Shown: piece after piece, positions 29,439 to 39,264 of the stretch
Numbering within the stretch: the first letter of the stretch is position 1
Layout: each line of letters opens with the position of its first letter
DNA from: Acholeplasmataceae bacterium
GTDB taxonomy: Bacteria; Bacillota_I; Bacilli_A; Acholeplasmatales; Acholeplasmataceae
Direction of reading: 5' to 3'
Length of the DNA stretch: 64,000 bases
Assembly (NCBI GenBank): GCA_963667565.1
Contig: OY763415.1
Location: 416,001-480,000 of the forward strand
Notes under the pieces: generated by a model
What the model saw: the letters and a program-made list of their open reading frames with translations, nothing else
Told to the model about the DNA's origin: nothing
Databases searched by the model: none
Translations under genes and position numbers: made by a program

Positions 29439-30791
29439 ATGTACTCAAAATATGAAATAAACAACAAAACCATATATGTCAATAAAAAAAATGGTGATTT
29501 TAGTTATTACACTGAAATATTAGACAAAAACACATTTGAAGTTGATGAAACTCAAATTAACGCAAAAAACATTAATGTCACCTTTTCTATCTTATGCATC
29601 AATATTACGAATCAATGCAATTTACGATGTGATTACTGTTTCAATTATAATAAAGGTAATAACGTACTTAAAATTGATGAAATAAAATTTGGTATTGAAA
29701 AGTTTATTGAAAAATATAGCAATGTTGATAAATATTTTATTGACTTAAGTGGAAAGGGAGAACCACTTTTAGAATTAGATTTGATTATTGAGATTAATCA
29801 TTATTGTCAATCAGTATCTAATAAAGTGAATAAAGAAATTTTAGTTACTTTTGTCTCCAATGGTACTCTATTAACAAAAGAAATTGTTGAAATCCTTCAA
29901 AAAGAAAGAATTCTATTTGGTGTTAGTTTAGACGGCACTAAAAAGAATCATGATTTGCATAGAAAAACAAAATCAAATAAACCAACATATAATTTAATCA
30001 TGAAGAATATTAAAAAGATTGAAAATAGTGAATATATTGGTTGTGCTCTCACAATTACGAATAATGTTTTTAACTTAAAAAAAACATTGATTCAATTGAA
30101 TAAAGTTTTTAAAACTATAAGTGTAAAACCTGCGAGAAGTTGTGATTATGCACTTGATCAATATTCAATAGAAGACTGGAAAAATGAATATTCTAAGCTC
30201 GCTGATTATTTATTAACCAGAGTATTGAAGTATCATGATATGAATCTATTATTTGCTTTGGTAAATGGAGATGATTATTTTGGCAAATTTATTAAAAGAA
30301 GTTTTGAAGCTAGAAGAGTAATTAGTAGATGTGATGCATGTATTTCAAGATTGACTTTAAATGATGATAACACACTATACCCTTGCCCTGCTGCATCACT
30401 TTACGAAAATTTAAGTCTTGGTAAAATTGAAGATTTTAATCAAAATAAAATAGATTTTTTAAAAAATAAACAAATCTCAAAAGTTAATTGCAAAAACTGT
30501 GCATTTAAATATCTATGTGGTGGAGAATGTCTGATAGAATTAGAATTGCTAAAAGAAAATAACTTTATCATGTGTGAATATAAGAAACATTTGATTTTAC
30601 TATCTATGTATTTACATCAAGAAATCTTTTATAATAGCATTGACGAGTTTATAAAAATAAGAAACTTCTGTTTATCCACAGAAATAAGATATAGAAAAGA
30701 TGAAGAATTATATGAATTTCTTAGTAAGGAAAAAGATTTATCTTTTATTGAAGGTAAGCAAAGATTTGATGAATTTTATAAGAAATATTGA
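29439..30791 (+). CDS. Radical SAM protein with SPASM domain
   Basis: CNLRCDYC; GEPLL; SNGTLL; VSLDG..HD.HR; RCDAC..LYPC; CKNC..KYLCGGEC..C. Confidence 0.93.
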   Translation: MYSKYEINNKTIYVNKKNGDFSYYTEILDKNTFEVDETQINAKNINVTFSILCINITNQCNLRCDYCFNYNKGNNVLKIDEIKFGIEKFIEKYSNVDKYFIDLSGKGEPLLELDLIIEINHYCQSVSNKVNKEILVTFVSNGTLLTKEIVEILQKERILFGVSLDGTKKNHDLHRKTKSNKPTYNLIMKNIKKIENSEYIGCALTITNNVFNLKKTLIQLNKVFKTISVKPARSCDYALDQYSIEDWKNEYSKLADYLLTRVLKYHDMNLLFALVNGDDYFGKFIKRSFEARRVISRCDACISRLTLNDDNTLYPCPAASLYENLSLGKIEDFNQNKIDFLKNKQISKVNCKNCAFKYLCGGECLIELELLKENNFIMCEYKKHLILLSMYLHQEIFYNSIDEFIKIRNFCLSTEIRYRKDEELYEFLSKEKDLSFIEGKQRFDEFYKKY

Positions 30792-30826
30792 AAATTAGAA
30801 ATTATAAATTTAAGGAGATCAATAAA

Positions 30827-31327
30827 ATGAAAATGAATCGATATTTAAAATTATTTGTGGCACTATTTATAGTTTTATCATTAGCAAGTTGTCAGAATAG
30901 TGATAATGAACAACCTGTATCTTGGAAAGTGTATAGTGATTTGAATACAACTTATGAAGATGGTACTAGTGGTAACTATATCGAAATTTTCAGTATACAG
31001 TACAATGATCAATACCTTGATGTCTATGGGAATTTTAACACAGATATTTATGAAGACATGATTTTAATCTGTCAAATTGAAGGTGAAACTTTAAATGATG
31101 ATTTTAGTTTTGATTTTGCTAAAACAGTTTCGGAAAATGATCTAACTCCAATCGTTTTTGATTCTGATAATAATTATCAGCTAGCTAGAATAGATCGAAT
31201 AGGTCATTTGTATTATAATTTCCCACAAGAGGCTTATGAAAGCATTCAAAATAATCAAGTTATTTCATGCAATATATATTTTGAATACATAGCATTCGCT
31301 TTAGATTTGACTAATAATTCAATTTAA
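30827..31327 (+). CDS. Hypothetical lipoprotein
   Basis: RBS AAGGAG before ATG 30827; lipobox SLASC. Confidence 0.7.
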   Translation: MKMNRYLKLFVALFIVLSLASCQNSDNEQPVSWKVYSDLNTTYEDGTSGNYIEIFSIQYNDQYLDVYGNFNTDIYEDMILICQIEGETLNDDFSFDFAKTVSENDLTPIVFDSDNNYQLARIDRIGHLYYNFPQEAYESIQNNQVISCNIYFEYIAFALDLTNNSI

Positions 31328-31426
31328 TTTATCAATTTTTTAACAAATAATCAGAAAACAAATATAAAGGAACTTTGACTCCTTCATCGTTGATTCAAAT
31401 CCAGATAGGCTAGCTATTAATAAGAT

Positions 31427-31457
31427 AACAGAAGCATTCTTTAGCTTCTGTTTTTTT
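31427..31457 (+). terminator. Rho-independent terminator of the islet operon
   Basis: AACAGAAGC-8 nt-GCTTCTGTT plus T-tract. Confidence 0.75.
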
Positions 31458-31617
31458 ATTTTTTAAATAAATCCCTTGATTTACGTGGTGAATTTATCAA
31501 TAGTTGAAGTATATTTTTTCAACAGAAAAGTATATGAAGATTCTAATAAGAAAATATATTCTAATTCATAAGATCTTTCACATTATTATTACAATTTACA
31601 ATAAGAAAAAGGACAAA

Positions 31618-31830
31618 TTATTTTTGCCCTTTTTCTTCAGTCTCTGATAATCCTAAGAAGTAGTCAGCTGTTGTATCAAGATCTTTCACTAATTCAACAA
31701 TTTGTTCTTGATCAAGTTTTCTAGTACCACGTTCGATATGTGATATTAAACTACGATCAATACCTATAATTTTAGCTACCTGGGTTTGTGTCAAACCCCT
31801 ATTTTCTCGAATTTCCTTAAGTTTAAGCAT
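31618..31830 (-). CDS. XRE family HTH regulator
   Basis: LKEIRENRGLTQTQVA..GIDRSLISHIERG..DYFLG. Confidence 0.9.
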   Translation of the reverse strand: MLKLKEIRENRGLTQTQVAKIIGIDRSLISHIERGTRKLDQEQIVELVKDLDTTADYFLGLSETEEKGQK

Positions 31831-31946
31831 TTTAAAAGCCGCTTTCGTATTGACAAAGCAATTTTTGTTTTATCAATGTTATGTGACCATAAGTCACGGA
31901 GTAGTTCTGAGCGAATTTGCTTTGCTAAGGATTCGTTATTTATCAT

Positions 31947-32022
31947 TGGTACCCCCTAACGGGATCGAACCGTTGACCCACTGATTAAGAGTCAGTTGCT
32001 CTGCCAGCTGAGCTAAGGAGGC
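31947..32022 (-). tRNA. tRNA-Lys(CTT)
   Basis: Minus strand GCCTCCTTAGCTCAGCTGGCAGAGCAACTGACTCTTAATCAGTGGGTCAACGGTTCGATCCCGTTAGGGGGTACCA folds as a cloverleaf; anticodon CTT; encoded CCA. Confidence 0.97.
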
Positions 32023-32142
32023 ATATATGCCTTTTTATTATAGCATAAATAAAATATATTTCAACTATTTCAAGTGTTTATTGTATGGTATAATAATGCA
32101 TATTGCAATTGCGATTAAATATCAGTCAAGGATTGTGAATTC

Positions 32143-32622
32143 ATGTATAAATATACACTTGCATTCATTATTTATAATGATGAAGTCTTATTATTAAATC
32201 GAAATAAAAATCCATGGATGGGTGCTTGGAATGGTGTTGGTGGAAAGATAGAAATAGGCGAAGACATCAAATCATCGATCATTAGAGAAATCAAAGAAGA
32301 GACATCCATCAATTTTTCAGATGAACTAGTCAAATACCAAGGTACTGTAACATGGAATTCATTTGATGCTGATGGACAAGGATTATATTTCTTTATGTGT
32401 TATCTTGATAAAAAACCAACATTTAAAACACCTGTCATGACTGATGAAGGTATTTTGGATTGGAAAAAAATTTCATGGGCAATTGATAAAGAAAACTATG
32501 GTATTGCAAGAAACATACCATTCTTTTTATCACATGCCTTAAAGCATAAAGGATTGTATAATTACCATTGTGTATTTGAAGGTGACAATCTTAAAGAAGT
32601 TATTATTAAGGAGTTGAAGTAA
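32143..32622 (+). CDS. Nudix hydrolase (MutT-like)
   Basis: WNGVGGKIEIGE..IREIKEET; EGILDW. Confidence 0.9.
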   Translation: MYKYTLAFIIYNDEVLLLNRNKNPWMGAWNGVGGKIEIGEDIKSSIIREIKEETSINFSDELVKYQGTVTWNSFDADGQGLYFFMCYLDKKPTFKTPVMTDEGILDWKKISWAIDKENYGIARNIPFFLSHALKHKGLYNYHCVFEGDNLKEVIIKELK

Positions 32623-33072
32623 TGTATTATTATTTATTGCTCATCATACCCATTGTTATTATTGTTTATGTGATATCACAAAAACAAAAGAAAAATGATC
32701 AACAACTGATTTTTAGCGACATTTGAAAAACTTAAAACTTATGGCACATTTGATGAACATACACAACAATTAAGTGTCGCTAATCAAACATTTAAAATAC
32801 TTTTCTATAAAGTGCCAAAAGATTCAGAGATTATGATTAATAGTCCTAAAATATGGGAAATTAGAACATCATATAGTCAAAAATTGATTAATCAAACAGA
32901 ATTTTTAGCAGGAGAATTAAAAAAGATTGTACTTATATATCCAGAAGTACAACCTATTAAAAGATATATTAATGAAAATGAAATGGTTTTTGCTAAGCAT
33001 ACTTTCTTTCACAACATGTATGTCATACCACTTCATGATTTAGACCATTTAATGAAGGAAGTGATTCTATGA
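32622..33072 (+). pseudogene. Membrane-anchored hypothetical gene with +1 frameshift
   Basis: ATG 32622 (MYYYLLLIIPIVII..) stops early; deleting one T from T5 at 32710-32714 joins it to ORF 32812-33072. Confidence 0.75.
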
Positions 33073-34013
33073 AAAAAATAAGTACCATTTTAGTTCTTAT
33101 AGGATTAAGTTTCACATTATCATCTTGCCAAGAACTTACTGTAACATATACAAATGATGATCCAATGACTATTGAGTCAGCTGATAATACCATTAAGATT
33201 TTACAAATTACAGATCTTCATTTAACTTATGGTATTGATTATCGTGATCAAGAGACATTTAATTTAATCAAAGCACTAAATGATCAAGATGATTATGATT
33301 TAATCGCGATTACTGGTGATATGTTTATGACACCTAATGCACCTATGGTTTTTAAAATGCTTATTAATCATATGGAGTCACTACAAACACCTTGGACATT
33401 TGTTTTTGGGAATCATGATAATGATTTTACAAGTTATGAAAAATTATTAAGTCTCATTCCGGATACTAATTACTTATATTTTAAAGTTGGACCTGAACTT
33501 GAAGATGGTGGTTATGGTAACTTTAAAATCAATTTTACATATCAAGATCAAATCATTTATACAGCATATTTCTTAGATTCTAAAAACGAGATGGACACAT
33601 ACACCGAAGAAGAAGGCGAATATGGATATTTATCAACCGCACAAGTTTCATGGTATGAAAATCAAGTAGCATTAGATCAAACAGAGTCTGTCGTTTACAT
33701 GCACATACCTTTAAGACAAATGATGAATCCCGTAACTTATGAGGGAAACTTTTTAGAAATAAAAGTATATCCACAAGGTGTTGATACTGGATTTTTTGAT
33801 GCGATGAAATTATATGATAAATCTAAGTATGCATTTTTTGGACATGACCATTTAAATGATTTTACAACAGTTGTTGATGGCATTATGTTAGGGTATGGAA
33901 GGGTAACAGGATTTAATGCATATGGATACCTTGATCGAGGTGGTCGTGTTGTCTCAATCACAGATGAAGTGCTCACGACATATATCGTTACAGAAAGTGG
34001 GGTTTTATCATGA
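33069..34013 (+). CDS. Metallophosphoesterase lipoprotein
   Basis: Lipobox TLSSC; DLH, TGD, GNHD, HIP, GHDH motifs. Confidence 0.92.
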   Translation: MKKISTILVLIGLSFTLSSCQELTVTYTNDDPMTIESADNTIKILQITDLHLTYGIDYRDQETFNLIKALNDQDDYDLIAITGDMFMTPNAPMVFKMLINHMESLQTPWTFVFGNHDNDFTSYEKLLSLIPDTNYLYFKVGPELEDGGYGNFKINFTYQDQIIYTAYFLDSKNEMDTYTEEEGEYGYLSTAQVSWYENQVALDQTESVVYMHIPLRQMMNPVTYEGNFLEIKVYPQGVDTGFFDAMKLYDKSKYAFFGHDHLNDFTTVVDGIMLGYGRVTGFNAYGYLDRGGRVVSITDEVLTTYIVTESGVLS

Positions 34014-34156
34014 GAAAATTAGATAAAACACTCATTGTGTTATCGTCATATTTTTATGCAGTTTTGGGTTTGTTTTTTACAGGGTCACTATGGTGGTTTA
34101 TATTGATACCTTTAGTTACTCTTTTAGTTGTGATTGGAGGAAAAAGACATGTTTGA
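34010..34156 (+). CDS. Small 48-aa hydrophobic protein (not in ORF track)
   Basis: MRKLDKTLIVLSSYFYAVLGLFFTGSLWWFILIPLVTLLVVIGGKRHV; overlaps both neighbours, suggesting translational coupling. Confidence 0.6.
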   Translation: MRKLDKTLIVLSSYFYAVLGLFFTGSLWWFILIPLVTLLVVIGGKRHV

Positions 34157-34436
34157 GACAATGATTTTTATTCTAATCACGAGCTTTTGGGTTACACTTA
34201 TCTTAGGTACCACTTTAAATATCATTTCTAGAATTGTTATCGTTTTAAGTGATACCTATCAGAAAAAAGAAAAATACCTTATGTTATTTTTACCTTTCTC
34301 TTATGGTATATTTAAATATGCGAAAGAATCAACATATAAAAAAATACATCGTATACTTATCATTGTATTTACAATCACTGCAATTTTAGCGAGTCTATTC
34401 TTATTTTATATGAATGCAGAAGTGGGGATATATTAA
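34149..34436 (+). CDS. Small membrane protein
   Basis: RBS GGAGG before ATG 34149; hydrophobic segments. Confidence 0.65.
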   Translation: MFETMIFILITSFWVTLILGTTLNIISRIVIVLSDTYQKKEKYLMLFLPFSYGIFKYAKESTYKKIHRILIIVFTITAILASLFLFYMNAEVGIY

Positions 34437-34948
34437 TGGAATTTAAAGTATTAAAAAAACAAAATAACGCATCTAAATGTTTTATTTGCGGCATTCATAA
34501 TGATTTTGGTTTGAAAACCAAATATTATGAGATTGAAGAACGTCGTGTTTTAGGTGTATTTGAAGGTGGAGATTTACATCAAAGCTTTCCTGGAAGAATG
34601 CATGGAGGTATTGTCGCAGCTCTTTTAGATGAAACAATTGGCAGAGCTATGCAAATAGACAATCCAGATTTATGGAGTGTCACCATAGATTTAACAACAA
34701 AATATTTAAAACCGATGCCACTCGCTGAAACACTTTATGTTGTTGGTTGGATAGATCAAGTCAGACATGGTGTTCACTTTGGTCAAGGTTATATATGCAA
34801 TACCAATCAAGAGATATTAGCATCCGCAACAGCAAGATATTTTGAAAAAGATATTACGGATATCCTTGATGGTAAAGAAGATTTAGGAGAAGAATGGATT
34901 TATGTGGCAGATCAAGAAATGCCGCACATATTCGATTTACCAAAATGA
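34436..34948 (+). CDS. PaaI/hotdog thioesterase
   Basis: CFICG..N..GL; HGGIVAALLDE. Confidence 0.9.
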   Translation: MEFKVLKKQNNASKCFICGIHNDFGLKTKYYEIEERRVLGVFEGGDLHQSFPGRMHGGIVAALLDETIGRAMQIDNPDLWSVTIDLTTKYLKPMPLAETLYVVGWIDQVRHGVHFGQGYICNTNQEILASATARYFEKDITDILDGKEDLGEEWIYVADQEMPHIFDLPK

Positions 34949-36489
34949 GTTTATTAGAAGTTAGTGGATTAACATTTAGTTATACCGATCAAAAATTATA
35001 TCTTGATGCATCACTTCGGTTGTTTGCAGGTGAACATGCAGTTTTAGTTGGACCTAATGGTTCAGGTAAGTCAACTTTATTGAAACTTTTAGATAAGAGT
35101 TTAAAACCTGATAAAGGAAGTGTTGAATGGTTACCTCACGTTAAAGTTGGGTATTTAGACCAATATGCAAAATTAGATCAACATCTTAAAGTCAAACAAT
35201 ATTTATATGATGTTTTTTTACCATTCTTTGAAAAAGAAGATGAGATGAACCGGTTATATAATGAAATTGAACATGCAGATCCTAAAGAGCATGATCGGAT
35301 TTTAAAATGGGCATCAGATTTGCAAGAACAACTACTTGATTCAAATTTCTATCAAATTAAATCACTCGTTGGAAATATCATTCACGGGTTAGGATTAACA
35401 ATGGACGTCTTAGATCAAAAAATTGCAACCCTTTCAGGTGGTATGCGTGCAAAAATTATTTTAGGGAAATTGCTCTTAAAAGAAAGTGATGTCTTATTAC
35501 TTGATGAGCCTACAAACTTTTTAGATGTAAAGCATATTGAATGGCTATCAAAGTTTCTTAATAATTATCAAAAGGCATTTATTGTTGTCTCGCATCATGA
35601 AGGTTTCTTAAAAGATATTGCTAAAACCGTGTTAGCCGTAGAAAATGGTCAAATATCACGCTATAAGGGTGATTTTGAATATTACCTAGCAGAAAGAGAA
35701 CAAAGGGCTCAAATCCAACAAAAAGCGTTTGATTCACAACAAGCATTCATTAAAAAGACAGAAGATTTTATTAAAAAGAATATTGTTAGAGCATCAACGA
35801 CGAAGCGTGCACAGTCAAGAAGAAAAATGCTTGATAAAATTGATCGTATCCATCAACCTCATCAATCAAAAACATATCATTTTAAATTTATGTTTTCATC
35901 ACCTACTGGAAAAGTCGTCTTGGAGACACGCGATTTAGAAATTGGATATGATAATTCTTTATTAGAACCACTATCAATTGAAATAAGAAAAGAAGAGAAA
36001 GTTGCGATCACTGGTAAAAATGGTGTTGGTAAATCAACATTTATCAAAACCATTTTGGAAAGAATTCCTTCAATTTCAGGATCGTTTGAATGGATTGATA
36101 CAGCACAAATATCATATTTTGCACAAGATATGATTTATGATTCTAATATCACAGCATTTCAAGTAGTCCATGGAAGATATCCGGATTTTTCCAATAAAGA
36201 AGTGATGAGTTTACTGGGTTCTCATGGTATTAATTATGAAATGGCGAATCGTGAAATGAAGAGTTTATCTGGTGGTGAACAAACAAAAGTTAGACTCGCA
36301 TTATTAAGACATGAGAAAAGTAATGTACTCATCATGGATGAACCAACAAATCACTTGGATCAAGCTGCTAAAGATGCTTTAGAAGATGCACTTATTGATT
36401 ATCCAGGTACATTGATACTCGTTTCCCATGAAATCGATTTTTATAAAGAAATATGTGATTACGAAATTTCATTATATGAACCAGAATAA
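34945..36489 (+). CDS. ABC-F family ATP-binding protein
   Basis: Two ABC domains (GPNGSGKST, LSGG, LDEPTN; GKNGVGKST, LSGGE, DEPTNHLD), no TM segments. Confidence 0.93.
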   Translation: MSLLEVSGLTFSYTDQKLYLDASLRLFAGEHAVLVGPNGSGKSTLLKLLDKSLKPDKGSVEWLPHVKVGYLDQYAKLDQHLKVKQYLYDVFLPFFEKEDEMNRLYNEIEHADPKEHDRILKWASDLQEQLLDSNFYQIKSLVGNIIHGLGLTMDVLDQKIATLSGGMRAKIILGKLLLKESDVLLLDEPTNFLDVKHIEWLSKFLNNYQKAFIVVSHHEGFLKDIAKTVLAVENGQISRYKGDFEYYLAEREQRAQIQQKAFDSQQAFIKKTEDFIKKNIVRASTTKRAQSRRKMLDKIDRIHQPHQSKTYHFKFMFSSPTGKVVLETRDLEIGYDNSLLEPLSIEIRKEEKVAITGKNGVGKSTFIKTILERIPSISGSFEWIDTAQISYFAQDMIYDSNITAFQVVHGRYPDFSNKEVMSLLGSHGINYEMANREMKSLSGGEQTKVRLALLRHEKSNVLIMDEPTNHLDQAAKDALEDALIDYPGTLILVSHEIDFYKEICDYEISLYEPE

Positions 36490-36516
36490 AGGCTTCTCAA
36501 AAAGCCTTTTTTATTT
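36488..36516 (+). terminator. Terminator
   Basis: AAAGGCTT..AAGCCTTT plus T-tract. Confidence 0.65.
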
Positions 36517-36572
36517 GACATAAAATCATCATAAGCATATAATGAAGATATCCCCCCCTATAGAGGGGTATA
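36515..36572 (+). promoter_or_regulatory. cop promoter and CsoR operator
   Basis: TTGACA (36515)-17 nt-TATAAT (36538); C-tract/G-tract site ATATCCCCCCCTATAGAGGGGTATA. Confidence 0.8.
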
Positions 36573-36589
36573 AAGCGTAAAAAAGAGGT

Positions 36590-36808
36590 ATGAAAATGAA
36601 AACTGTAACTTATAAAGTAAGTGGTATGCACTGCATGGGATGTGCAAATAGTATCAAAAGAGTTTTAGAAAGAAATATGGCAGTTAGTGAAGCTGATGTA
36701 GCTGTTGAAGATGGTTATGCAACAGTAAGTTATGATGAAGCATTGATCAATGATCAAGAAGTCATTACATTAATCAAAAATTTAGGTTATGAAGTTGAAG
36801 TGAAATAA
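36590..36808 (+). CDS. copZ: Copper chaperone
   Basis: GMHCMGC HMA motif. Confidence 0.9.
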   Translation: MKMKTVTYKVSGMHCMGCANSIKRVLERNMAVSEADVAVEDGYATVSYDEALINDQEVITLIKNLGYEVEVK

Positions 36809-36810
36809 AA

Positions 36811-39264
36811 ATGGCAAAAGTACAACTAAACTTAGTGGGTATGACTTGTGCATCATGTGCAAATAGTATCGATAAAGTATTAAACAGACAAGAAGGTATG
36901 ATTAATGCAAGTGTTAATCTTGCTAATGATACTGCCTCTGTTGAGTTTGATGAATCAAAAATAACTATTGAAAAAATTATAGAAGCTGTTGAGTCTGTTG
37001 GATATGATGCCAATGTGATTGAAAATCACATGACAGAACTCGTGATGAATGTCGAAGGTATGACATGTGCAGCATGTGCAATCAATGTTGATCGAGCTGT
37101 AAGAAAACTCGACGGAATTAAAGATGTGAATGTGAATATTGCTAATGATAAAATGACAGTATCATTTGACACACAGAAATTAAAATTATCTGAGATTAAA
37201 AAAGTTGTGTATAATGCAGGATATGATGCGTATTTAAATACTGAAATTGATGAATCTGTTGATCCTGATGTCAAAAAAATGCAAGAAGCAAGAAAAAAAG
37301 TCATCATCTCAATGAGTATATCAGGACTCATGATGACACTTATGATCATTCATATGGTTGTTTTTCCCATTCCTTTATATACACTTATTGTAGCGATATT
37401 AGGATTTCCGGTTGTCTTTATTTTAGGATTTCCAGTGCACAAGGGAAGTTATAAATCATTAAGAAGTGGACATCCAAACATGGATGTATTGGTATCACTT
37501 GGTAGTGTGCCACCATATTTGATTGGATTATTAGGTTTATTCTTGCCTATTCAAACATTTATTGAAATGGCAACAACGATTATGACATTTCATTTATTAG
37601 GTAAATTTTTAGAAGCTAGAGCAAAAGGTAAAGCTTCTCTTGCAATTAAAAAACTTATTGATTTAGGCACAAAAACAGCTACTATTTTAGTTGGTGGAGA
37701 ACAAATTGAAGTGCTCACTCAAGAATTATCAGCAGGTGATATCATGATTATCAAACCTGGGGAAAAGATTCCAACTGACGGTATGATTATTGAAGGGAAA
37801 TCTAAAATTGATGAATCTTTAGCTACAGGTGAGTCCATGCCTGTCACAAGAGTCGTTGGTGATAAAGTCATAGGTGCAACCATCAATAAAGAAGGACTTC
37901 TAAAAGTAGAAGTCACAAAAGTTGGTCAAGATACGTTCTTATCTCAAGTGATTAAATTAGTTGAATCATGTCAAGGTTCAAAAGTACCAATCCAAGCATT
38001 TGCAGATAAGATTACAGGTTATTTTGTTCCTGCGATTATGATTATTACTGTACTAACATTTGCATCGTTCATGATTTTTCCAAGATTTCATTTGAGTATA
38101 TTAAATTTCTTCTCATTTCTTCCTTGGATTAATACTGATTTAAATCAATTGACGCTTGCATTTATCACAGCAACAGCAGTCTTAGTCATCGCTTGTCCAT
38201 GTGCATTAGGACTAGGCACACCAACTGCACTTATGGTTGGATCAGGTATTGGTGCTGAAAAGGGAATACTCATCAGACAAGGTGAAGCTGTTCAAACATT
38301 AAAAGATATTAAAGTCATCGCATTTGATAAAACAGGGACATTAACAATTGGAAAACCAGTGGTTACTGATATTTATGGTGATGATGAACATGAGATTTTG
38401 ATGATTGCTGCATCTTTAGAACAAGGCTCAGAACATCCACTTGCACATGCGATTGTAGAAAAAGGTAAAGAAAATAGTTTAAAATTACTAAACATAAAAG
38501 ATTTCACTGCAGTTTCAGGTATGGGTATTTTAGGCAATGTAGATGGTCAATTAGTTCATATTGGAAATCGAAAATTTATGGAAGCTGAACAAATTGATTA
38601 TCATAAATATGATAATCATATGAAAGAATTGGAAGAACAAGCTAAAACAGTGATGCTTATCGCTAAAAAAAGAACAGCTATTGGAATTATTGCAGTTGCT
38701 GATGAACTTAAACCAGAATCAAAAGCTGTCATAAATATACTAAACAAAATGAATTATAAAACAGCGATGATTACAGGTGATAATAAGCGTACTGCACAAG
38801 CAATTGCTGTTGAACTTGGTATGACTGATTATATTAGTGATGTTTTACCAGAAGGTAAAGTGGATGCGATTAGAAAGCTTCAAGAACAATATGGGATGGC
38901 TGCAATGGTTGGTGATGGTATCAATGATGCACCAGCTTTAAAACAAGCAAATGTTGGTATTGCACTTGGAACTGGAACAGATGTTGCCATTGAAGCTGCT
39001 GATATTACTCTTGTTAATGGTCAATTAGATACCATTTTAAAAGCACTTGAACTATCAAAAGGTATTTTTAGAAAAATTAGACAAAATTACTTTTGGGCTT
39101 GGTTTTATAATGCAATCATGATTCCATTTGCAATGTTTGGTTTATTGCACCCTATGATAGGTGCAGCTGCGATGTCTTTATCATCACTTAATGTCATCTA
39201 TAATTCACTAAGACTCAAAAAGGTGAATTTAAATAAAATGTGGGAGGCATATCATGAAGCATGA
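36811..39264 (+). CDS. copA: Cu(I)-translocating P1B ATPase
   Basis: Two GMTCxxC; TGES; CPCALG; DKTGT; GDGINDAP; YN..MxxSS. Confidence 0.95.
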   Translation: MAKVQLNLVGMTCASCANSIDKVLNRQEGMINASVNLANDTASVEFDESKITIEKIIEAVESVGYDANVIENHMTELVMNVEGMTCAACAINVDRAVRKLDGIKDVNVNIANDKMTVSFDTQKLKLSEIKKVVYNAGYDAYLNTEIDESVDPDVKKMQEARKKVIISMSISGLMMTLMIIHMVVFPIPLYTLIVAILGFPVVFILGFPVHKGSYKSLRSGHPNMDVLVSLGSVPPYLIGLLGLFLPIQTFIEMATTIMTFHLLGKFLEARAKGKASLAIKKLIDLGTKTATILVGGEQIEVLTQELSAGDIMIIKPGEKIPTDGMIIEGKSKIDESLATGESMPVTRVVGDKVIGATINKEGLLKVEVTKVGQDTFLSQVIKLVESCQGSKVPIQAFADKITGYFVPAIMIITVLTFASFMIFPRFHLSILNFFSFLPWINTDLNQLTLAFITATAVLVIACPCALGLGTPTALMVGSGIGAEKGILIRQGEAVQTLKDIKVIAFDKTGTLTIGKPVVTDIYGDDEHEILMIAASLEQGSEHPLAHAIVEKGKENSLKLLNIKDFTAVSGMGILGNVDGQLVHIGNRKFMEAEQIDYHKYDNHMKELEEQAKTVMLIAKKRTAIGIIAVADELKPESKAVINILNKMNYKTAMITGDNKRTAQAIAVELGMTDYISDVLPEGKVDAIRKLQEQYGMAAMVGDGINDAPALKQANVGIALGTGTDVAIEAADITLVNGQLDTILKALELSKGIFRKIRQNYFWAWFYNAIMIPFAMFGLLHPMIGAAAMSLSSLNVIYNSLRLKKVNLNKMWEAYHEA

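Larger units (their letters stand above)
27580..31991. mobile_element. tRNA-Lys-integrated genomic islet, no integrase
   Basis: Flanked by 45-bp direct repeats; four ORFs; very AT-rich. Confidence 0.8.

Noticed and set aside
29439..30791. Anaerobic sulfatase maturase or SCIFF/ranthipeptide maturase
   Set aside because: No sulfatase and no Cys-rich precursor peptide in the islet or the window
34945..36489. ABC-F as antibiotic resistance gene or as the missing sugar ABC ATPase
   Set aside because: Twin-domain ABC-F in a housekeeping operon; not MalK/MsmX-like, and no evidence for a resistance subfamily
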